30,102 bases of DNA, from assembly GCF_006345805.1 (NCBI RefSeq), contig NW_021832640.1, positions 1 through 30,102 on the forward strand, in the 5' to 3' direction. This document shows, one piece after another, positions 20,846-30,102 of the stretch. Made by a program: the position numbers and the translations under genes. Below the pieces are notes generated by a model. That model saw only the letters and a program-made list of their open reading frames with translations. It did not search any database and had not been told where the DNA came from. This DNA is from Octopus sinensis. Taxonomy: Eukaryota. Positions within the stretch are counted from its first letter, which is position 1, and the number at the start of each line of letters is the position of its first letter.

Positions 20846-21426
20846 GAAGGCATGTGGCTTAGTGGTTAGGGCATTCAAATCACAATCACAAGGTCATGAG
20901 TTCAATTCCTGGCAACGTGCAAGGCACTTTATTTCATTTTGTTCCAGTTCCACTCACCTGGTAAAAATGAGTTGTACCTGGATTTCAAAGGACCAGACTT
21001 GTCACACTCTATGTCACACTGAATCTCCCTGAAAACTACATTAAGGGTATGCATGTCTGTGGTATACTCAGCCACTTGCACTTTAACTTCACAAGCAGAA
21101 CCCCCATCATCGTAGTGGACAAAGTGCCATTCTCTCTGTCTCTGCATCTACATCAAAGTCTGTCTTTCCCTTAACACCTTTACCAAAATCAATCAATCGA
21201 TCGATCTATTGAACTGTATCTAGATTTCACTTTCAATAACTTAATTTACCAATTGTTTCCCACAACCACCATTCATCACTTCTTTTCGATTCATTGATCT
21301 GCTACAAATGGCAACCAAATTGCGCTCAAACTGCACTTGAAAAGAAGAAGATGGGATGGCCACAGACGGAATGCCTTTCATAATAAGTCAGCTCATTTGG
21401 GATTAACGAAAGGTTTATCAACAACA
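20846..21426 (+). mobile_element. tRNA-derived SINE family D
   Basis: Canonical A box TGGCTTAGTGG, B box GAGTTCAATTCC, CORE-like AAGGCACTTTATTTCA...CACTCACCTGGTAAAAATGAGT, tail ending in (CAA)n. Confidence 0.75.
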
Positions 21427-21429
21427 ATC

Positions 21430-21720
21430 TGAGTCTCTCACTCCCTCCTCTCTCCCTCCCTTTCTACTTCACTCCCTCCCACTTCCTCTCTCAATCCTTC
21501 CCTCTCATTCTTTCCCTCTATACCTCTCTCTTCTTCCTCTCTCCCTACTCTCTCTCTCTCTTTCCCCATCTACTTCTCTCCTTCTCACTCCTTCCCTCTC
21601 TACCTCCCACTCTCCATCTCTACTCTCTCCATCCCACTCCCACTCTCCTCTCTCTTTCTTCTCCTTCTCCCTCCCCCCTTCTCCGTCTACTTCTCTCCAC
21701 TCCCCCTCCCTCTATAACAA
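21430..21720. repeat. Degenerate CT-rich (polypyrimidine) tract
   Basis: Direct reading. Confidence 0.9.
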
Positions 21721-21845
21721 ATCAATTCCATTTACTCCCACATTCACCAATCAACAATAGTACCCCCCCTCCAACAGCCCTTTTTTTATACTTGAGACTC
21801 ATTTTAGGGCAAATAAAATACACAGAGTTGTCCCTTCATTTATAT

Positions 21846-22066
21846 CAGTGATTCTCAACAAGGGTCCACATGACCCTTTAAGGGGTCCGTATAAGATTTT
21901 GTCCTTAAAATTTATCTGCAATAAATTGGTTATCCTTCTCAAATACAAAATATTTTAACAATTTTTTTATGCAATTTTTAATTATAAAAAATATAAAATT
22001 TTTTCGAACATCGAATGATTATGAGGGTCCAGCTAAGAAAAAAGGAATAAAAAGGGTCCATACATA
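21846..22066 (+). mobile_element. hAT (Charlie/MER5-like) MITE fragment
   Basis: Starts CAGTGATTCTCAAC, the typical hAT-Charlie TIR start, with repeated GGGTCC subterminal motifs; matching right TIR and 8-bp TSD not found. Confidence 0.55.
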
Positions 22067-22101
22067 CATGGAACATCATGTAAAATGAAAGAGGGACATT
22101 T

Positions 22102-22330
22102 TTAAACCTTTTGATACCAAACTGCCTCTTGGATCTTTGAAACAAATTCTATTATTTAAAGGGTTCTATATAAAAACCTTCCATTAAAATTTCCATTTTA
22201 ATGTATGATCCAAAGACAAAATTAATAATGATGAAGTCATTTTACTAAATTCTTTGTTACTTTCAAAATTAATTTAAATGAAGGTAGTGTTTTTCAGCAG
22301 AAATATCAGAAATATGATAATGAAAGGGTC
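22102..22330 (+). mobile_element. MITE family 2 copy
   Basis: TTAAACCTTTTGATACC...AATGAAAGGGTC ends; internal similarity to 15368-15585. Confidence 0.65.
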
Positions 22331-22368
22331 ACTGATATTATTACTGAAAAAGAACCCAAACAAAACTT

Positions 22369-22607
22369 GAAAAAGCACCATCCGTCCATGGCTGTTTGCC
22401 AGCTCCGTCTGGCACCTGTGCGGGTGGCACATAAAAAGCACCCACTACACTCACGGAGTGGTTGGTGTTAGGAAGGGCATCCAGCCGTAGAAACAGTGCC
22501 AGATCAGACTGGGCCTGATGCAGCCTTCTGGCTTCACAGACCCCAGTTGAACCGTCCAACCCATGCTAGCATAGAAAGCGGACGCTAAATGATGATGATG
22601 ATGATGA
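22369..22607 (+). mobile_element. Young family C repeat with (GAT)n tail
   Basis: GGAGTGGTTGGTGTTAGGAAGGGCATCCAGCCGTAGAAAC...CCCATGCTAGCATAGAAAGCGGACGCTAAATGATGATG; four copies or fragments in the window. Confidence 0.9.
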
Positions 22608-22660
22608 TATATAGATATATATATATATGCGTTGATTAGAAATACCTTCTTTCCTCACAG

Positions 22661-22671
22661 ATTAATATCAG
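22661..22671 (+). other. Candidate 11-nt microexon
   Basis: ttgat (branch-like) ... ccttctttcctcacag|ATTAATATCAG|gtaagt: strong acceptor and perfect-consensus donor 11 nt apart in unique sequence. Confidence 0.55.
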
Positions 22672-22850
22672 GTAAGTTATATATATTTTTTCAACTAATT
22701 TTACTCTACTTTATAGTAGGTTTTTTAACTGCTTATTTTATTGGATGTAACTTCCTATGTGTAGTCCATACAATAAGGTTATCCTAAAATAGGAGCTGTG
22801 GTTCTATTGGTAAAATCTCAAATTTGTAATAATATATATATATTTCATCG

Positions 22851-23035
22851 TGTTGAAATGTTAAACCCTACACATTTTTTCACTGTTTAATCCTTTCCTT
22901 TTAAAGAGCTTAGGCTCGAAACATAAAAGACCTTTTCATTTTTCCCGAGCGTCAAACTAATACACCTGCTTCTTGTTCCTACATCCGCCTTCGTTTTTTT
23001 ATTTTCTGTAAATTTGAACTATATATATACATATA
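22851..23035 (+). mobile_element. Probable Penelope-like pseudo-LTR remnant with decayed minimal hammerhead ribozyme (22896-22930)
   Basis: Type-I minimal HHR geometry with three core transitions (see findings); minimal HHRs are a hallmark of PLE pseudo-LTRs. Confidence 0.45.
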
Positions 23036-23321
23036 CACAAACACACACACACACATATATATACATATACACACACATATATATATATATGTGGGGGTGG
23101 GTACTGTTATAATATTTGGTTTTGCTTTCCCCATTTTTTCTCTTATGATATTATGTATGTTTTAAAGTTACTGAATATCTAGTGATTGTTCTGGCTTTGA
23201 TATTATAAAATTCTTTTTACTTTCATTCTTTATAAAATGTTTCAAAGAATTATTTCATTGCTAATCAACTGTTTTGCACTTTCAGCCAAACACTTAACGA
23301 TTTGAAGTTGATTTAATATAT

Positions 23322-23775
23322 TGGTTTCAATTTCAAATCTTGGCACAATGCCAGCAATTTTGAGGAGGGAGGACTAAGTCAATTGCATTGACCCCAGGAC
23401 ATAACTGGTACTTATTTTATTGACACCAAAAGGATGAAAGGCAAAGTGCACCTCGATGAAATTTCAACATAGAACACGAAGATGGACAAAATGCCACTAA
23501 GTATTTGGCCTAATGTGCTAATGATTCTGCCAGCTTGCCACCTTATCGATAAAATAATAATAATAATAATCCTTTCTACTAAAGGCAAAAGACCTGAAAT
23601 TTGAGGGACAGGGTAGTCAATTATATCGACCCCAGTATTTCACTGGTACTTAATTTTATCAACCTCGAAAGGATGACAGGCAAAATGGACCTCGACGGAA
23701 TCTGAACTCAGAACATAAAGACAAATGACATACCACAAAGCATTTTGCCCAGCATGCTGACAATGCCACCAAATG

Positions 23776-23853
<78 letters not shown>

Positions 23854-24040
23854 GTAATCCTTTCTTCTAAAAGCACAAGGTCTGAAATTTGTGGGGGAGG
23901 GGATTATTTGATTATATCAACCCCAGTGTTTCACTGGTACTTAATTTATCAACCCTGAAAGGATGAAAGGCAAAGTCAACCTCAACTGAATTTGAACTCA
24001 GAATGTAATGACAGACAAAATACCGCTAACGATTCTACCA
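23322..24040 (-). mobile_element. Three head-to-tail SINE family A copies (23322-23545, 23570-23772, 23858-24040) separated by (AAT)n
   Basis: Same motifs as 19149-19897; long (AAT)n at 23773-23857. Confidence 0.92.
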
Positions 24041-24477
24041 AATAATAATAAGAATAATTGAATGAAGAAAGGAGTCAAATGCATTATTATAATTTTAAAA
24101 AATGGTGTTTCTAAGTAATTAGAATTTTAAGCCTTTACTGTATATTGATTAGAGAAAATGATATAATATTAGGACATAAAAACCCCACTAAACAGAAAAA
24201 TGGGTTTTGGTGTGCATTGGAATTAATCATCTTGTTTCTATATTTATATTTTCAGTTTATATTTTATGTGTAATTTATATATTTTGGAAAAAGCATTCAG
24301 GCATTGCCCAAAGTGCCTTGCAGTATTAGTTCTGGTCCTTTATGTTTTCTGTTCAAAATCTCACTAAGGTTGGCTTAGCCATTCATCTTTTCAAGGGTTG
24401 ATAAAATAAAGTACCAGTAATATACTGGAGTTAACGTTCGCCTTGTGTTGAATTTAGAAGCAATTACACATTTTAAT

Positions 24478-24648
24478 GTGTGTAAAGAACCCTTTTTTCT
24501 CAAAAATTAGGTTAAAAAAATATGGGAGTTTATTATGCATGGATAGTATTATAATCCCTTACAAAACCTTTCTTCCAAATTTTAAGTCCCAAAAATTAGG
24601 GGGTTCCTTATATACATGAGGGTTCCTTATACACGTTAAAATACAGTA
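24478..24648 (+). mobile_element. Right end of a pogo/Tigger-like (Tc1-mariner) non-autonomous element
   Basis: GGGTTCCTTATATACATGAGGGTTCCTTATACACGTTAAAATACAG-TA resembles the ..CTTATAC..G.AAAATACGG-TA pogo TIR with duplicated subterminal motif; left TIR not found. Confidence 0.5.
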
Positions 24649-25319
24649 TATTCATGGCACATCTGAGTCCATATTGCTGACATTAATGCGCTGTGCCACA
24701 TTATGGCACAATATATGAATTCTACAGTCTACAGTGCTGTAGATTCATCTACAAAAAAACTAAATATTTCTGCAAAAAATTTCTTTTACTAGAATCCAAC
24801 AAAAAAAATGACCTGCTTTGACCAAAGAAATATTATACTTTACATGCAGAACTTGAGAAAAGACACCCAAAACCCTTAACTTAGAGAATGGCATGAAAAT
24901 AACAAAAACAGAAAATAAAGAAAATGACAAAGAAATACCCGAGATGGCTGAGATTGAATGGAAAGAGTATTAAAAGGGAAAAGTTGATTAAACACAAAGG
25001 GAATATCTTAATTATTGATAACTAATTAAATAAATGATGTGGAAACAAAAATAAATTCAATCAGCAATAATGATTTTATCGGAAGACTTGGAAGTTAAAC
25101 CTGATAAAAGTTTTTCTTTTCTGTGCTTAATAATTATTTTGACTAATCTCTGATGGAAAAGGATTCCTGTGTGTTTCTAATTATGTTACAGACAATAATA
25201 TACACCATGATAGCAGTTTACCATACATACATATATATATATACATACTGTAATGAGATATAATATGATTTATATCATACAGTATGTAAATGGACATAAC
25301 GTACACAAGGAGAATTTCT

Positions 25320-25344
25320 GATATACATACATACATACACACAT

Positions 25345-25383
<39 letters not shown>

Positions 25384-25740
25384 TGTATGTATATGTGTGT
25401 GTGTGTATGTGTGTGTTTATATCTATATATATATGCATGTATTATATGTGTGTGTTTATATATATGTATATATATGTATAAATAAATAAATAATAAATAA
25501 TATATATATATATATATAATATATATATATATTTATTTATATATATTTATATTTATATTTATATATATTTATATATATTTATATATATATATGAATGTAT
25601 ATATATAAGCATGATAACATAGAAAGACATACATATGTAAATAATACTCTGTATATGCGCATTTATATATATATATAAATATATATGAAATTACAGATAT
25701 ATGCGTATATATTATATGTATATTCATATTACATTATTGT
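25320..25740. repeat. Compound (TA)/(TG)/(TAAA/TTTA) microsatellites
   Basis: Direct reading. Confidence 0.9.
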
Positions 25741-25759
25741 GTGTGTGTGTCCCCTTTTT

Positions 25760-25861
25760 ATCTCTTATCTTCTTTTACTGGTTTCAGCCAGAGGCCGAGG
25801 CCATGCTGGAGCACTGCTTATATATATAAATATATATAAATATATATATATATGCACACAC

Positions 25862-25918
<57 letters not shown>

Positions 25919-26100
25919 TCGATATGTGGGTTCAGGCATTGGTGTGCGGCAACAGAGTTCACATTGCAGTCACATGGCTTAGTGTTCAAGCCTGCTGTAT
26001 GGAAGTTTGGGTGAGGGTTTCCTATTCTAGCATCAAGTTGGCCAATTCATTCTGAATGACTTTCAGTGGATGGAAACTGCGCACAAACTCATGCATGAAA
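25760..26100. mobile_element. Degenerate SINE family B fragments (minus tail 25760-25818; plus head about 25925-26100)
   Basis: TTTTACTGGTTTCAGCC...GGCCATGCTGGAGCACTGC is clear; the head is only weakly recognisable. Confidence 0.5.
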
Positions 26101-26109
26101 AGCTACACT

Positions 26110-26134
26110 CATATATTTATGTATGTATATGTGA

Positions 26135-26176
<42 letters not shown>

Positions 26177-26321
26177 CACATTATATGTGTGTGTGCATGT
26201 GTTTGTATATATATATATATATATATACATATATTAGGTATACATTTTATATATTACGTATATTATACACAATATATATTATGTATATTACACATGTATG
26301 TATGTATACATATATATATAT

Positions 26322-26357
<36 letters not shown>

Positions 26358-26376
26358 ATAGATAGATAGATAGAAA

Positions 26377-26420
<44 letters not shown>

Positions 26421-26475
26421 ATAGATAGGTAGATAGATAGATAGATAGATAGAAGATAGATAGATAGATAGATAG

Positions 26476-26564
<89 letters not shown>

Positions 26565-26580
26565 CATTCATTCATTGATA
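26110..26580. repeat. (TA)n, (GATA)n, (GATT)n, (CATT)n graded microsatellite series
   Basis: Direct reading. Confidence 0.97.
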
Positions 26581-26699
26581 GATGTGTAGAAAGATAGATA
26601 TATAAATATATAAGTAAATATACACACACACACGCATATGCTGAAGCTCGCATAAACTTGAACACATGTAGTCTCAAGTGAGACTGGCATAATGAATGG

Positions 26700-28420
26700 A
26701 AGAAAGAAAACAAAAGCGAAAGAGGCTTAATTCGAACTTACCTTCCATTTGAATACTTATTAACAGGGAACGAGAGGCAGGCTTTCCACCTCTGGTGTTT
26801 TCTTGGGGAAGCCATTAGTTGCTTATGTGTTTTGGGGCTCCGACCAAGATGTGAACCAAACATGCCGCTTTCGGTTGTTGCTGATACTGTGTGTGTGTGT
26901 GCGTAGGAGGTTAACTCTGCAGGTGTGCGCAAGCGTGTGTGTGTATGCACATGTGACTCTCTTCAAATATGCAAGTGTATGCACATCGTACGCCTGTGTG
27001 TGTTTAAATGTATAGGCGTGTGCACATTGGTGTAGATCGACTCAGCACAGACAAACAAACAAGTCTGCGAGAATGGTTCGGCGGTTATCTCTGGTTCAGT
27101 TCCACGTCGAAATATACCCGACTGTATTCCCAGAAAGCAACAAATGATTGAAGAGATGCATAAATAAATGGTAGGAATAAGGAGAGGAGAGGAGGGGAGC
27201 TGAAGAGTAGGGGGGGGGGGAGCAGGGTGTGTGGGTTGGAGTAGGGGGTGGGTGGAGAGATTATTAGAGAAAACAATAACAACACAAATAAAACTGTGAG
27301 CAAAGAAACAATTTAATAACGCAAACAACAACAACAACAATAATGATAAGGAAGATAAAGATTGGTGGTGGTGGTGGTGGTGGTGGTGGTGGGGGTGATG
27401 AGAAGAAGAATTATAAAAATAATAATAGAAATAATATATGGAAAGTAAAACAGAAAAGAAGAGGAGAGAGAGAGAGAGAAGGAGAGCAAGTGAAATTTGT
27501 ATTGATTTTTCTTGCAACAATCGCAATAGTTCTGGTAGGAAAGGAAACGGTAAAGACAGCAGAGGGACCCTGACAAATGGAACTGTTGATATTCATGTGC
27601 TAAAAGTGTATATGGCATGTGTGAGGCAAAGTTTACAGTCGGTTTCCATTGATTCTGTGAAAGAATGTTGTGTTTGTGTGTCTGTGAATGTAAGGGAATG
27701 TGGCTCTGTGCAGCTTTTGACTGGAGTTAATACGGAGTTTGCATGTCTCCCTCCGTGAGGAAAGCACGTGCTTGTATTTGCGCCTGCCGGTGTCACTTCG
27801 GAAGATTCCGTATATGCACTGCCTTCTACAGCAGCACCAGTTCCGCCGCCGCCGCCACCAGCTGCTCAATCAATGTGCAGTGTTGTGTAGCAAGCAGATA
27901 GCTCAGATGAGGGAACTTGCAGTGCTGCTGCCGTTGCTGCTGCTGTTGCTGCTGCTGGAAGCAACATGGTGCCGGGCTAGGAATGGGTACATCCTCCTTC
28001 GCCGCCGCCCCTCTCTTTGGGAAAAACAGCAATGCCTAATCTGCCGCTACTTAAGAGACACGTTCGGTTGAAATCCTTCGAAAGACTCGTTGACCATTAA
28101 GATAAACGGTTTGGCAGCGGCAGCAGCAGCAGCAGCAGAAAGAATGGAATAGCAGCAGAGACGCTAGTTGTTGCTGCAGCAGCAGATGCAGCAGTAAATA
28201 GCAGCACACAACAACAAGAGCAACAAGAACAACAACTGGGAATGCAACAACTCGAAATGATTATGAAATGATTAAAGAGAATCGCCCTCCCACCCCCCAC
28301 ACACCTGCTGTTTTCCATTAACATTCAACAACAACTAACCCCACCCCCCCCCCTCCCTTTCCCTCTCTCTCGGCCCCTCCCCTCCACCATTCTACGCTCT
28401 TTTGTCTCAGTGCGGCATTA
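26700..28420. promoter_or_regulatory. Largest TE-free, CpG/GC-enriched unique block; probable promoter/5' leader region with (CAG/CTG), (CCG), (GGT) and (CAA) runs
   Basis: No SINE/MITE within about 1.7 kb, in contrast to the rest of the window; many CpGs; short triplet repeats; stops in all six frames. Confidence 0.5.
26742..26863 (-). CDS. Candidate first coding exon of an unidentified minus-strand gene (MFGSHLGRSPKTHKQLMASPRKHQRWKACLSFPVNKYSNG, phase 2)
   Basis: ATG at 26863 in gcggcATG context; 40 open codons of complex sequence running into AAG|GTAAGT (GT at 26741-26740); lies at the edge of a CpG-rich unique block. No homology recognised. Confidence 0.4.
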
Positions 28421-28529
28421 TCAGTAAAGTAAAGGCCTAGGATTCCACTGTGGTGTGTATATATGCATATAATTAAATATGGGTGTGCGTGGGGGTGTGG
28501 CCATGAGTATACAAACACACACAAACATA

Positions 28530-28841
28530 CACTCACATGACTAATACACACACATATGCATATATATATATATATACATATAAACGTGTTTGTGTATATA
28601 TATATATATTATATATGCACACATATATGTACACAAACAAATATATATGCATATATATATGTATGTATATATACGTATATATATTTATATATAATATATA
28701 TATATCTATATATATATATATATATAGTATATATATATGTATATATATATATGTATATGTAATATATAGATATATGTATGTATTTATGTATATATATATA
28801 TAGTATGTATAATATATATATATGTATATGTATATATATAT

Positions 28842-28878
<37 letters not shown>

Positions 28879-29125
28879 TATATATATAACTACATATATA
28901 TACTTACATATCTACATATATATACAAACACATATGCAGAATACATACACATATATAACTTTATATACATACATATATATATATATACGTACATACACAC
29001 AAATACATATGTATATGTATTTGTGTGTATGTATGTATACACACACACATGTATACATATACATTACATATGCATATTTATGAATTTGTGATACGCACAT
29101 ACACACAGATATATATACATATATT
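28530..29125. repeat. Compound (TA)/(CA) microsatellite
   Basis: Direct reading. Confidence 0.95.
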
Positions 29126-29254
29126 AATTTGTAAACTTTGAGAGAGTGTAAAATAATTCTTTGGAACATTGGCTCTTGAAGCAAATAAAGCTATCAGTAA
29201 CAGTATGTAGAAAATCTTGGAGGCAATGCCTGGAACTCAAACTCACATATCCTT

Positions 29255-29765
29255 TACACACACACATACATATATGTAAACACATACACACACACACACA
29301 CACATATAAGAACAAGTAACATGTGAAACAATGATGATACTGATGATGACGATGGTGATGATAATGAGGGGGATTATGACGATGATGATTGTGGTGGTGG
29401 TGATGATGATGATGATGATGATGATATATCCACGCGCATAATTATATTCACATGTGTGTTCACACTCAGATATGAATATATGTGCATGTATGTACACATA
29501 TATACATACATACATACATACATACGTACACACATTCATACATATATATATATACTTACATGAGTGTGCATATATATATATATATATATATGCACACTCA
29601 TGTATATGTAAGTATATATATGTATATGTAAGTGTGCATATATATATATATATATATATATGCACACTCATGTATATGTAAGTATATATATGTATGCAAT
29701 GTGTGTACGTATATATATATATATGTATGTGTACGTATATATATATATATATATATACATATAGC
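29255..29765. repeat. (CA), (GAT) and (TA) microsatellites including a palindrome and a 70-bp duplication
   Basis: Direct reading; see findings. Confidence 0.9.
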
Positions 29766-29906
29766 TTTGATGCATATCTAAAAATTAATATGACATAAAA
29801 AAGAAAACATATAAATGTAAAACTTAGAAGTACTTTTTCCGTGACCTCTACTTGGAACTGAACACAGAACCATTTATTTCAACTGGTGACTGTTGGATCT
29901 GCTACT

Positions 29907-29943
<37 letters not shown>

Positions 29944-30102
29944 GCACCCCCACCCCCCCACTCGCCCCCCCCCATGTTTCCTCATTGATCGCATTGTTGA
30001 GTATCTCTGGTCATCTGTGGTCCGTTTTACATGAAAAGACATCAGATTCAATGAATGCCTGTTCGATCACTATTGATGACTACAGCAGCCAATAATTGAG
30101 AT

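Noticed and set aside
20846-20915. tRNA gene (A and B boxes), likewise the heads of SINE A and B
   Set aside because: No complete cloverleaf or acceptor stem; each continues into a repeated SINE body.
23286-23306. Exon candidate after gctaat...ttttgcactttcag
   Set aside because: The acceptor is reasonable but the only nearby donor (GTTGAT) is poor, and the frame continuing from the microexon hits TGA.
24780-24975. A-rich segment resembling a transposase or LINE C-terminus next to the pogo-like end
   Set aside because: Stops in all frames and no identifiable motif.
27205-27255. G-quadruplex-capable G-run cluster (also 590-600 and the C-rich 28340-28385)
   Set aside because: Such runs are common in this low-complexity background; nothing indicates function.
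27438-28271. Long protein-looking plus frame with four internal stops, conceivably rescued by A-to-I editing to Trp
   Set aside because: A minus frame shows a similar stop density; GC-rich triplet repeats explain the appearance; needing four edits is unsupported.

Overview
Eukaryotic, AT-rich, non-coding-dominated DNA, almost certainly from an octopus (coleoid cephalopod) genome. The organism call is my recognition of the repeat families, not a database result. The window is mostly compound microsatellites and copies of four recurring SINE-like families (called A-D here). It also holds small TTAA/CCC-ended MITEs, hAT- and pogo-like MITE pieces, one non-autonomous Helitron with both ends intact, and short dead fragments of four non-LTR retrotransposon clades (Penelope GIY-YIG, RTE, CR1-like APE, R4/Dong-like RLE). 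There is no complete protein-coding gene, tRNA/rRNA gene or CRISPR array, and nearly every ORF in the supplied track is a translated microsatellite. Splice signals and CpG-rich patches suggest the window is intronic/5' territory of one or two large genes. The candidates are a minus-strand ATG-containing exon ending in AG|GTAAGT at 26742, and plus-strand small exons (notably an 11-nt microexon at 22661-22671 and a 63-nt exon at 17303-17365). These gene calls rest on sequence signals only. I found no convincing evidence of a novel multi-gene system. The best leads are the microexon/antisense architecture, SINE self-stacking in (AAT)n tails, locally templated insertions, an inverted SINE pair that could be an ADAR substrate, and a decayed hammerhead ribozyme. 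Scattered 1-nt indels in repeats hint at residual long-read errors.
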